Shown piece by piece: positions 52,609 through 64,000 of a DNA stretch of 64,000 nucleotides. The DNA comes from Mobula hypostoma (lineage: Eukaryota): NCBI RefSeq assembly GCF_963921235.1, contig NC_086100.1, positions 201,750,001-201,814,000 on the forward strand, given 5' to 3'. Numbering within the stretch: the first letter of the stretch is position 1; each line of letters opens with the position of its first letter. A program made the position numbers and the translations under genes. The notes beneath the pieces are model-generated. The model was not told the DNA's origin and searched no databases. It saw only the letters and a list, made by a program, of their open reading frames with translations.

Positions 52609-55600
52609 CTGGGTAAATCTCCTGGACCTGATGGAATGCACTCTCGGGTTCTGAAGGAAGCAGCTGGAGAGATTGTGGTGGCCTTTACAATCTTTCAATA
52701 ATCGATAAATTCCGGCATTGTACCGGATGACTGGAACATTGCAAATGTCACTCCGCTATTTAAGAAGGGTGAGAGGCAGCAGAAAGGAAACTATAGACCT
52801 GTTAGCCAGACATCAGTGGTTGGGAAGTTGTTGGAATTGATTGTTAGGGATGAGATTACAGAGTACCTGGAGGCACATGACAAGATGGGCCAAAGCCAGC
52901 ATGGTTTCCTGAAAGGAAAATCCTGCCTGACAAACCTACTGCAATTCTTTGAGGAAATTACAAGCAGGGTAGAGAAAGGAGATGCAATAGACATGGTGTA
53001 CTTGGATTTTCAGAAGGCCTTTGACAAGGTGCCACACATGAGGCTGTTTAGCAAGATAAGAGCCCATGGAATTACAGGGAAGTTACTAACATGGGTGGAG
53101 CATCAGCTGGTCGGCAGAAAACAGAGAGTGGGAATAAAGGGATCCTATTCTGGCTGGCTGCCGGTTACCAGTGGAGTTCCACAGGGGTCGGTGTTGGGAC
53201 CGCTGCTTTTTACAATGTATGTCAATGATTTGGATTACAGTATTAATGGATTTGTGGCTAAATTTGTGGATGATGCAAAGATAGGTGGAGGAGCGGGTAG
53301 TGTTGAGGAAGCAGAGATCCTGCAGAGAGACTTAGATAGTTTCGGGGAATGGGCAAAGAAGTGACAAATGAAATACAATGTTGGAAAGTGTATGGTCATG
53401 CACTTTGCTGGATGAAATAAATGACCAGATTATTATTGAGATGGAGAGAGAATTCAAAATGCAGAGATGTGAAAAGGACTTGGGAGTCCTTGTGCAAGAT
53501 ATCCTAAAGGTTAACCTCAAGGTTGAGTCAGTGGTGAAGAAGGTGAATGCAATGTTGGCATTTATTTCTAGAGGTATAGAATATAAGAGCAGGAATGTGA
53601 TGTTGAGGCTCTATAAGGCACTCGTGAGACCACACTTGGAGTACTGTGTGCAGTTTTGGGCTCCTTATTTTAGTAAGGATATACTGACATTGGAGAGGGC
53701 TCAGAGAAGATTCACAAGAGTGATTCCAGGAATGAGAGGATTACCATATGAGGAACATCTGGCAGCTCTTGGGCTGTATTCCCTGGAGTTCAGGAGAATG
53801 AGGGGCGATCTCATAGAAATATTCCAAATGTTAAAAGACCTGAACAGATTAGATGTGGTTAAGTTATTTCCCATGATAGGGGAGTCTAGAACAAGAGGGC
53901 ACGACTTCAGGTTTGAAAGACATCCATTTAGAATCAGAGTCAGGTTTATTGTCACCGGCATGTGACGTGAAATTTGTTAACTTAACAGCAGTTCAATGCA
54001 ATACATAATCTAGCAGACAGAGAAAAAAAAAATACATAATAAAATAAAAATAAAATAAAACATAATAAATAAACAAGTAAATCAATTACTTATTTGAATA
54101 GATTTTTAAAAATGTGCAAAAAACAGAAATACTATATATTAAAAAAAATGACGTCATGTCTAAGGATTCAATGTCCATTTGGGAATCGGATGGCAGAGGG
54201 GAAGAAGCTGTTCCTGAATCACTGAGTGTGCGTCTTCAGGCTTCTGTATCTCCTACCTGTTGTAACCGTGAGAAAAGGGTATGTCCTGGGTGCTGGAGGT
54301 CCTTAATAATGGACGCTGCCTTTCTGTTCCTTGAAGATGTTCTGGGTACTTTGTAGACTGGTGCCCAAGATGGAGCTGACTGAGACATGAAGAAATCACA
54401 TTAGTCAGAGGGCAGTAAATCTGTGGAATGTGTTGCCATGAGCGGCTGTCATTGTCATTGGGTGTACTTAAGGCAGAGATAACTTGGTTCTTGATTAGCC
54501 AGGGCCTCAAACGGTATGGGGATGGTGAATCTGTGGAATTCATTGCTGTAGAGCCCAAGTCATTGGGTATACTTAAAACAGATGTGTTAGGTTCTCGATC
54601 AGACAGAGCATAAAGAGTTACTGGGAGACGGACGGCAGGAGAGGGGTTGTGAGGGAAATGGTTCAGCTGTGATGGAATGGTGGAGCAGACTGTGCCGAGT
54701 GGCTAGATTCTGGTCTAGCTCCAGTATTATAAAACTGTTTTCATTTCGAAGAGTTATCGACAAAGGAACTCATCCAGTGTACGCTGCTGTTCTCTTTTGA
54801 TTGACTGTAAAAGAACAAAGTCAGCACAGACACCGAGTGCAGATAGTGGCCTGCTTTCATAGTGTGCTTTTGATGATTGCATCCTCCAAATCGTTTTCAC
54901 TGTAACATTCATGATGACTGTCGATATCGGCAAAATCTTTGTGGTTGCTAACTTGTTGAAGTGGTGAAATCATTTTGATTTCACTCCTGTCATTTCTGCC
55001 ATATCCAAGCCTGTAGTGAGCAAAACAGTTCTTTCAATCCTGCAATCATTTTCATGAACCTCAGTACTTTTGTATTTTCTCTCCATTTAGAAAATAGTCA
55101 ACCCTTTTACTTCTACCAAAGTGTATGAGCATACACTTCCCGATACTGTGTTCCATCTGCCATTTCTTTGCCCATTCTCCTAAACTGCCTCAGTCCTTCT
55201 GTAACCTCCCTGCTTCCTCAACAATACCAGTCTTTGTATCGCCTGCACACTTGACCACAAAGCCGTCAATACGTCACCCTACGGGATAGTGTGAAAAGAA
55301 GCAGTAAATGAAGGGGGTCCCAGCAATTCACTCGATTAGTTTTTGTACTTTGAGAGTTGTCCCAAATAAGTGGCTGCCCCAATTGACTGATAGCCCAACT
55401 AACCAGAATATACCTTATATAGTCTAAAATTAAATGAATAGTGCAAGAGAGAGGAATAACAAGGTAGTTCAGAAATGTGATAGCGGAGGGGAAGAAACTG
55501 TTTTTAAAACATTGAGTGTGCATTTCTCCACGGGCCGTCTCCTCACCAAGACTGCAGGTGCGATGAGGCCCAGTAGGAAAGTCCACTGGACTGATCCCGC

Positions 55601-56470
55601 GAATGGACAACTGTCCTGTGAGGGACGATCGGGCAGGAATGGGTTAGACCGTCTGAGAGAATGGACAACTATCCTGTGAGGGACGATTGAGTAGGAATGG
55701 GTTAGACCGTCTGAGAGAATGGACAACTATCCTGTGAGGGACGATCGGGCAGGAATGGGTTAAACCATCAGATAGAATGGACAACTATCCTGTGAGGGAC
55801 GATTGGGCAGGAATGGGTTAAACCATCAGATAGAATGGACAACTATCCTGTGAGGGACGATTGAGTAGGAATGGGTTAGACCGTCTGAGGGAATGGACAA
55901 CTATCCTGTGAGGGACGATCGGGCAGGAATCGGTTAGACCGTCTGACAGAATGGACAACTGTCCTGTGAGGGACGATCGGGCAGGAATGGGTTAGACCGT
56001 CTGACAGAATGGACAACTATCCTGTGAGGGACGATTGAGTAGGAATGGGTTAGACCGTCTGACAGAATGGACAACTATCCTGTGAGGGACGATTGAGTAG
56101 GAATGGGTTAGACCGTCTGACAGAATGGACAACTGTCCTGTGAGGGACGATCGGGCAGGAATGGGTTAGACTGTCTGACAGAATGGACAACTATCCTGTG
56201 AGGGACAATCGAGCAGGAATGGGTTAAACCGTCAGATAGAATGGACAACTGTCCTGTGAGGGACGATCGGGCAGGAATGGGTTAGACCGTCTGACAGAAT
56301 GGACAACTATCCTGTGAGGGATGATCGGCCAGGAATGGGTTAGACCGTCTGACAGAATGGACAACTATCCTGTGAGGGACGATCGGGCAGGAATGGGTTA
56401 GACCGTCTGACAGAATGGACAACTGTCCTGTGAGAGACGATCGGGCAGGAATGGGTTAGACCATCTGAGA
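55601..56470. repeat. Minisatellite, 15 copies of a 58-bp unit
   Basis: Unit GAATGGACAACT(A/G)TCCTGTGAGGGACGATCGGGCAGGAATGGGTTAGACCGTCTGACA; starts at 55601, 55659 ... 56413. Confidence 0.97.
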
Positions 56471-56699
56471 GGGTTTGTTTGGAACTCATTAGGTCTGAAG
56501 AGTCTCAAAGGGTGGTTGTGGGGGGGTGGGGTTAGGTGGCACATCTCCTCTAGGGGGAGAATAATTGCAACACTGAGACCGGGGGGTCCTGGAGAAGTGA
56601 AATGTCCAAGCAACCAGAGTGAGGTTAAAGACTGATGTAAAACGGAGGAGCATTTGCTGGGACTAGGGACCCTTCACCAATGCAGAGCTGAATTCATGT

Positions 56700-57830
56700 G
56701 GTAGAGAGAGGTGGGGTGAAGGAGGGTGGGGGGCTGTAGAGTGGGAGGGGGTTGGTGGAGGGGGAGGTTTGAGGGAGTAGAAGAGAAAGAGAGGGGGGTG
56801 AGTGGAAGAGAAAGGGAGGAGTGGGTGGATGGAGGGGAGAGGGAGAAGGTTGACAGGGAGGGTTGAGGGAAAGGGGTAGGATTGAGGAAGGGAGACATGA
56901 TTGAGGGTGTGGGTTGAGGGAATGGGTTGACAGAGGGAATAGGGTTGATGGAGAGGGGGAGGGGGCTGAGGGAGGAGGAGAGGGTTGAGGGAGGGAAAGA
57001 GGAATGAGCAAGGGGGAGTGGGTTGAGAGAGAGGGGAGAGGATTGAGGGAGGGGTGAGGAGTGAGAAAGGGAGGAGTGGGTGGATGAAGGGAAGAGGGAG
57101 AAGGTTGACAGGGAGGATTGAGGGAGAAGGGAAGTGATTGAGGGAGGGGGAGAGGATTGAGAGTGTGGGTTGAGAGAATGGGTTGACGGGATAGGGTTGA
57201 TGGAGGGGGGAGAGGGCTGAAGGAGGAAGTTTGAGTGAGGGTTGAGGGAGGGAAAGAGGAATGAGCAAGGGGAAGAGGGTTGAGGGAGAGGGGAGAGCAT
57301 TGAGGGAGGGGGAAGAGGGGTGAGTGAGGGGGAGAGGTTTGAGTTAAGGGGAAAAGGTTTGAGGAAGGGGAGGAGGGCTGAGTGGGCAGTCAGAAAGGGG
57401 AGAGTGAGGGGAGAAGGTTGAGGGATAGGGTTGTGGGAGGATGAGAATTTGAGGGAGAGGAGGGTTGAGGGAAAGGGATGAGGGGTGTGGGAGAGATAGA
57501 GATGGGATGGAGATAACGATGGAGATAGGGGGTGAATAGAGAGACAGGGGGAGGGAGAGGGATAGACAGGCATGGTGGAGAGAGGGTGGGAGGAGGGGGG
57601 AGACAGGGAAGAGGCTGATGGGGAGGGAGGTAGGAAAGTGGTGGGTGGAGGTGGAGACATAGAAAGAGAGACAGGCACAGGGATGGGTAATGATGGAGAT
57701 GGTGAGAGAGAGAGAGACGGATAGAGGTGCGGGTGGGGGATGTGCAGACAGACAGTGAGACTCTCAGTCTGAGAGACAGAGACACGGTGTGAGAGTCGGG
57801 GCTAGACGTGAGGGTGGGAGGAGGCTGGAG
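56700..57830. repeat. G/A-rich low-complexity tract with internal duplications
   Basis: GGGTTGAGGGAGGG-type subrepeats. Confidence 0.9.
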
Positions 57831-57850
57831 TGGTATTGTGTGGACACTGA

Positions 57851-58009
<159 letters not shown>

Positions 58010-58139
58010 TGAGACATTCCATGTCATCTCCCACATCTACCCCATCTCACCACTTCCACCTCTATCACCCCCCTATGAACCCCGATCTCCCCCACCCATC
58101 ACTGACTGTCACCTCTACATCTAACCCCCACCCACAGTC

Positions 58140-59335
58140 ATAGAAAAGTGCACCCACTCAGCCCATCTAGTCCATGCTGAACCATTCCAAATGCCAACTC
58201 CCATCAACTTGCACTGGGACCATGGCCCTCCATCGCCCTACTCTCCATGTACCTATCAAAACTTCACTTAAATGTTGAAATTGAGCTTGCGTGCACCACT
58301 TGTGCTGGAAGCTCATTTCACGCTCTCACAACCCTCTGAATGAAGAAGTTCCCCTCATGTTTCCCCTAAACTTATCATCTTTCACCCCTTAATCCATGAC
58401 CTCTGGTTGTAGTCCCACCCAACCTCAGTGGAAAAAATATTGCTTGCACTTACCCTATCTGTACCCCTCATAATTTTGTGTACGTCTATCAAATTTCCCC
58501 TCAATCTTCTGTTATAAAAAATACAGTCCTTACCTATTCAATCTTTCCTAATAACTCAGGTCCCCCAGACCCAGCAACATCTCTGTAAATTTTCTTTGCA
58601 TTCTTTCAACCGTGTTTACATTTTTCCTGTAGGTAGGTGACCAAAACTGCATACAACATTGCAAGTTAGCACACACCAACATCTTATACAATTTCAACAT
58701 AACATCCCACATCTCCAGTACTCAGTATTTTGATTTGTGAAGGCCAATTTGTCAAAAGCTTTCTTTATGACCCCAACTACCTGTGATGTTACTTTCAGTG
58801 AATTATGGACCTGTATTCCCAGATTCCTCTGTTCTACCACACTCCTCAGTCCCGCACCATTCACTGTGTAAGACCTACCCTGGCTGGTCCTTGCACTTGT
58901 TTCCATCTGCCATCTTTCAGCCCATTTTTCCAGCTGGTCCAGATCCCTTTGCTTCCTCGCTGCCCGCAACACCCCCAATACCCCCAATCTTGGTGTCATT
59001 CCACAAATTTGCTGATCCAGTTAACCATATGATCATCCAGATCATTGACACAGGCGACAAACAACAACAGACCCAGCACCGATCCCTGTAGCACTCCCCA
59101 AGTCACAGGTGCCCAGCAAGAGAGGCAACCATCTACTACCACTCTCTGGCTTCTCACACAAAGCCAATGTCTAATCCAGTTTACTACCTCATCTTGAAAT
59201 GCTGAGTGACCGAACCTTCTTGGCCAACTTCCCATGTGGGACCTTGCTAATGCCTTGCTAAAGTCCATGTAGACAACGTCCACTGCCTTGCCTTCATCCA
59301 CTTTCCTGGTAACTTCCTCAAAAAACTCTATGATT
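58140..59335 (-). mobile_element. CR1 RT fragment
   Basis: AVDVVYMDFSKA, QGSVLG, LEKWAERWQM. Confidence 0.85.
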
Positions 59336-59599
59336 GGTTAGACAGCTCTGTCACCCCCACATCTACCCCCGATCTCTCTCCTCCGCCTCAAATGGTCACC
59401 CCCAGATCTCCACACACCCATCTCTGACTCACCTCCTCCACACCTCTCCAGCCCCTTCCAACTGCCTACCCCACTTCTGTGTCTACCTGCCCCTCCTTCC
59501 GTCTGCACTTGACCCTCACAGTGTTCCCACTCCCTCCACAACTGGCTGGGTTTTGCGGAGAGGTGGGGGAGAGGAAGGGGGAAGGTGGAAATGGGATGA

Positions 59600-61395
59600 G
59601 GAGTAGTTCAGAGGACAGGAAAAGGGTCAGGATCACCTGAATCGGAGGGGTACCAATGTCCTTGTGGGCAAGTTGGTGAGAGCTGTTCAGGAGGGCTAAC
59701 CTAATTTGGCAGGGAGATGGGATTTGTGTGATAGTGCTGAGGATGGGGTAGTTGGTTTACAAACAGTCAAAGTATAGTGAGACTCCAAACAAGGAGGAAC
59801 TGATGATGGGGCAAAATTGCAGCCAACAGGATGAGTTGCAATGTAAACAGAGGACAAAATCTAAAAGGGTGAACACAGAACTGAACATGTTATATTTGAA
59901 TGTGCACAGTATATGGAATAAGGTAGATGAACGTAGCACAGTTAAAGATTGGCATGTATGATATTGTAGGCATCACTGAGTCATGCCTGAAAGGAGATTA
60001 TAGCTGGGAGCTTAATGTCCAAGGATACACATTGTATCGAAAGGACAGGCAGGAAGGCAGAAGGGGGTGGCGTAGCTCTATTGGTGAAAAATCATTTAAA
60101 AGAGGTGGCATAGGATTGGAAGATGTAGAATTGTTGTGGGTAGAGCTAAGGAACTGCAAGGGTAAAAAGACCCCGATGGGAGTTGTATACAGAGCCCCCC
60201 AAACAATAGTTAAAATGTGGGATACAAATTACAACAGGAGGTAGAAAAGCCACGTCAAAAAGGCAATGTTGCGATATTTAAGAGGGATTTCAATATGCAG
60301 GCAGAGTGGGAAAATCAGGTTGGTGCTGGATCACAAGAGAGGGAAATTGTAGAATGCTTGCGAGATGGATTTTAGACCAACTTGTGGTTAAGCCCACTAG
60401 GGGAATGCCAATTCTGGATTGGGAGGAACCCTGAGGAGGCAGTGGTCATAATACGATAGGATTTACCCTGCAATTTGAGAAGGAGAAGCTAAAGTCAGAT
60501 GGAATAAAGGGAATTACAAAGTGATAAGAGAAGAGCGGGCCAAAGTTGCTTGGAAGGGAACACTAGCAGGATGACAACAGGGCAGCAATGGCTGGTGTTT
60601 CTGGGAGATTTCTGGGAGGAGCGGGAAAGATACATGCCAAAGATGAAGATGTATTCTAAAGGGAGGATGAGGCTAATGAGATGTCAAAGCCAACATAAAA
60701 GCCAAAGACAGGGCATATAATAGAGCAAAAATTAGTGGGAAGTTAGAGGATTGGGAAGCTTTTAAAATCAACAGAAGGCAATTAAAAATGCCATAAGGAG
60801 AGAAAAGACGAAATATGAAGGTAATCTAGTCAATAATATCAGAGGATACCAAAATTCTTTTCCGATATATAAAGAGTAAAAGAGAGGCGAAAGTGGATAT
60901 TGGACCACTGGAAATTGACACAGGAGAAGTGGTAATGGGGAACAAAGAAACAGCAGATGAGTTTAACAGGTTTTTTGCATCTGTCTTCACTGTGGAAGAC
61001 ACCAGCAGTATGCCAGAGATATGGGAGTGTTAGGGGCAGAAGGGAGTGTTGTTGCTATTACTAAGGAGAAGGTAAACACAAAATAATCTGCAGATGCTGG
61101 GGTCAAAGCAACACTCACAACACGCTGGAGGAACTCAGCAGGTCGGGCAGCATCCGTGGAAAAGATTGGTCAATGTTTCGGGCCGGAACCCTTCGTCAGG
61201 CGAGTCCTGCCCGAAATGTCGACCGATCTTTTCCACTGATGCTGCCTGACCTGCTGAGTTCCTCCAACGTGTTGTGAGTGTTACTAAGGAGAAGGTGATT
61301 GGGAAGCTGAAGATAGATTAAGTCACCTAGCCCACACAGACTACACCCCATGGTTCTGAAAGAGATAGCTGAAGAGTGATTGTGGAGTTATTAGG
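59600..61395 (+). mobile_element. Decayed CR1 (end of ORF1, endonuclease, linker)
   Basis: IVGITES, WVELRNCKG, GVVYR.P, FASVFT. Confidence 0.85.
61074..61280. mobile_element. Fold-back Penelope-tail insertion with hammerhead core and 16-bp target duplication
   Basis: TTACTAAGGAGAAGGT at 61058-61073 and 61281-61296; inverted arms at about 61110-61183 and 61209-61282. Confidence 0.9.
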
Positions 61396-61759
61396 TTCAA
61401 GGTACATTTATTATCGAAGTATGTATACAGTACACACCTCTGATATTCATCTTCCCCAGACAGCCACAAAATAAAGAAAGCTATGGCAGCCGTTCAAAGA
61501 AAAACATGAACCCCCCCCACACAAAAAAGTAAACAAATCACGCAAACAGCACAAGAACATCAGATCCCCAACCCAACCCCAACTGCACCAAAAAGATTGT
61601 GCAAACAGCAACAACAACTACACCTTCCCCCCCCCCCACCCTCGCGCAGGAAAATACCAAACAAATCATGGAAACAGCAGCAAGAAAGATTGGGCGAAAC
61701 ACACAATATGAAAACACAAAACAGAAAAGTCCAAGAGAACCACAGTCCGATCCATAAAT

Positions 61760-63432
61760 TGCAGGGAGGCAAAAGAGGTGGGGGCGAGGCACTGTTGATC
61801 AGAGATAGTGTCACGGCTGCAGAAAAGGAGGAAGTCATGGAGGGGTTGTCTACGGAGTCTCTGTGGGTGCAAGTTAGGAACAGGAAGGGGTCAATAACTC
61901 GAATGGGTGTTTTTTATAGACCACCCAATAGTAACAGGGACATCAAGGAGCAGATAGGGAGACAGATTCTGGAAAGGAGCAATAATAGCAGGGTTGTTGT
62001 GGTGGGAGATTTTAATTTCCCAAATATTGATTGGCATCTCCCTAGAGCAAGAAGTTTAGATGGGGTGGGGTTTGTTAGGTGTGTTCAGGAAGGTTTCTTG
62101 ACACAATATGTAGATAAGCCTACAAGAGGAGAGGCTGTACTTGACCTGGTACTAGGAAATGAACCTGGTCAGGTGTCAGGTCTCTCAGTGGGAGAGCATT
62201 TTGGAGATAGTGATCACAATTCCATCTCCTTTACCATAGCATTGGAGAGGGATAGGAACAGACAAGTTAGGGAAACATTTAATTGGAGTAAGGGGAAATA
62301 TGAGGCTATCAGGCGGGAATGTGGAAGCATAAATTAGGAACGTATGTTCTAAGGGAAACGTACGGAAGAAATGTGGCAAATGTTCAGGGGATATTTGCGT
62401 GGGATTCTGCATAGGCATGTTCCAATGAGAGAGGGAAAGGATGGTAGGGTACAGGAACCGTGGTGTACAAAGGCTGCTGTAAATCTAGGCAAGAAGAAAA
62501 GAAGAGCTTACAAAAGGTTCAAAAAACTAGGTAATGATAGAGATCTAGAAGATTATAAGACTAGCAGGAAGGAGCTTAAGAATGAAATTAAGAGAGCCTG
62601 AAGGGGCCATGATAAGGCCTTGGCAGGCAGGATTAAGGAAAACCCTGACATTCTACAAGTATGTGAAGAGCAAGAGGATAAGACGTGAGAAAATAGGACC
62701 AATCAAGTTTGACAGTGGAAAAGTGTGTATGGAACCAGAGGAGATAGCAGAGGTACTTAATGAGTACTTTGCTTCAATATTCTCTACGGAAAAGGATTTT
62801 GGCGATTGTAGGGGCTGAAAAACTTGAGCATGTAGATATTAAGAAAGAGGATATGCTGGAGCTTTTGGAAAGCATCAAGTTGGATAAGTCACCAGGACCA
62901 GACGGGATGTACCCCAGGCTACTGTGGGAAGCGAGGGAGGAGATTGCTGAGCCTCTAGCGATAATCTTTGCAACATCAATGAGGACGGGAGAGGTTCCAG
63001 AGGATTGGAGGGTTGCGGATGCTGTTCCCTTATTCAAGAAAGGGAGTAGAGATAGCCCAGGAAATTATAGACCAGTGAGTCTTACCTCAGTGGTTGGTAA
63101 GTTGATGGAGAAGATCCTGTGAGGCAGGATTTATGAACATTTGGAGAGGTATAATATGATTAGGAATAGTCAGCATGGCTTTGTCAAAGGCAGGTCGTGC
63201 CTTATGAGCCTGATTGAATTCTTTGGGGATGTGACTAAACACATTGATGGAGGAAGAGCAGTAGATGTAGTGTATATGGATTTCAGCAAGGCATTTGATA
63301 AGATACCCCATGCAAGGCTTATTGAGAAAGTAAGGAGGCATGGGATCCAAGGGGACATTGCTTTGTGGATCCAGAACTGGCTTGCCCACAGAAAGCAAAG
63401 AGTGGTTGTAGACGGGTCATATTCTGCACGGC
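61760..63432 (+). mobile_element. CR1 ORF2 (endonuclease to mid-RT), 3' end missing
   Basis: [41 protein letters not shown]. Confidence 0.92.
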
Positions 63433-63656
63433 CGTGAGTGTGCGGTATTGGGGGAGGGTGGGTCTGTGGGGAGGTAGGCTGTGGGGATGGGGTGGGAGAG
63501 GGGGCTATTGGGGGTGGGGAGGGTGGGTGTGTGGGGGAGCGGTGGGCTGTGGGGGTGAGGTGGGATGAGGATGGGGGAGTGGGGGAAGAGTGACAGGGTC
63601 GGGAGGGATGAAGGTGTTGGGTGTGAGTTTGCTGACTGCCTTTGTTCCCCCCACAG

Positions 63657-63741
63657 TTGGGACTGGGTCACTTCCTACAAACTGCTGTTCAGTAACAACA
63701 CCCACAGTTGGACAGCCCACCGCAATGGCAGCACTGACTCC
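63657..63741 (+). CDS. CPXM1: CPXM1-like gene, discoidin exon: (S)WDWVTSYKLLFSNNTHSWTAHRNGSTDS; gene continues beyond the window
   Basis: DWVTSYK..FSN motif; gctgac branch point, tttgttccccccacag acceptor, GTGAGT donor; 85 nt, phase 2 to 0. Confidence 0.93.
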
Positions 63742-64000
63742 GTGAGTCTTCCCTCCCTCTCCCCTCTCAATCCCTCCCTCTCCCCTTCAGTCCCTTCCAC
63801 TCTCCCTCCTGCCCGCCTCTCTCCCTCTTTCACTTTTCCCCTGCCCTCCAGTTCTGCAGAATCATTACAGAATCGAGTACAGTAATTTTTGAAAAATTAT
63901 TACTAATCCCTCTCTTTCAGAACTCTGGGGTGTACACCGTCTGGTCCAGGTGACTTAGCTACCTTCAGACCTTTCAGTTCCCAAGAACCTTCTCTCTAGT

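Larger units (their letters stand above)
48640..53930 (+). mobile_element. Long decayed CR1 (end of ORF1 through ORF2) hosting two nested CR1 insertions
   Basis: Collinear ORF1, endonuclease and RT pieces resume after each insertion (for example RVDK|SPGPDG). Confidence 0.9.

Noticed and set aside
55601..56470. Regularly spaced repeats resembling a CRISPR array
   Set aside because: Whole 58-bp units repeat with no unique spacers, there are no cas genes, and the context is a eukaryotic intron.

Overview
Eukaryotic, repeat-saturated vertebrate DNA. The repeat repertoire (esterase-ORF1 CR1 LINEs, Penelope elements, HE1-like SINE) suggests a cartilaginous fish, probably a ray; this is inferred, not database-confirmed. 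Most of the window is nested, decayed transposons: many CR1 copies, two Gypsy internal regions, Penelope-like elements, L1, L2, RTE, a HERO-like fragment, hAT and Tc1. The best-supported host gene is the 5' part of a carboxypeptidase X (CPXM1-like) gene on the + strand. It has five phase-compatible exons (35625-35766, 38574-38648, 39376-39485, 57869-58008, 63657-63741) encoding a signal peptide and a discoidin F5/8C domain, and it starts in a CpG island. Worth a second look: (1) a candidate divergent micro-exon gene on the - strand sharing that promoter; (2) minimal hammerhead-ribozyme motifs in Penelope 3' ends, including fold-back insertions with 16-bp target duplications; (3) a decayed coding-like exon at about 8.85-9.5 kb; (4) a 15 x 58-bp minisatellite apparently born from CR1 coding sequence. 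I found no prokaryotic-type system and no CRISPR array. Repeat boundaries were read by eye and are approximate.
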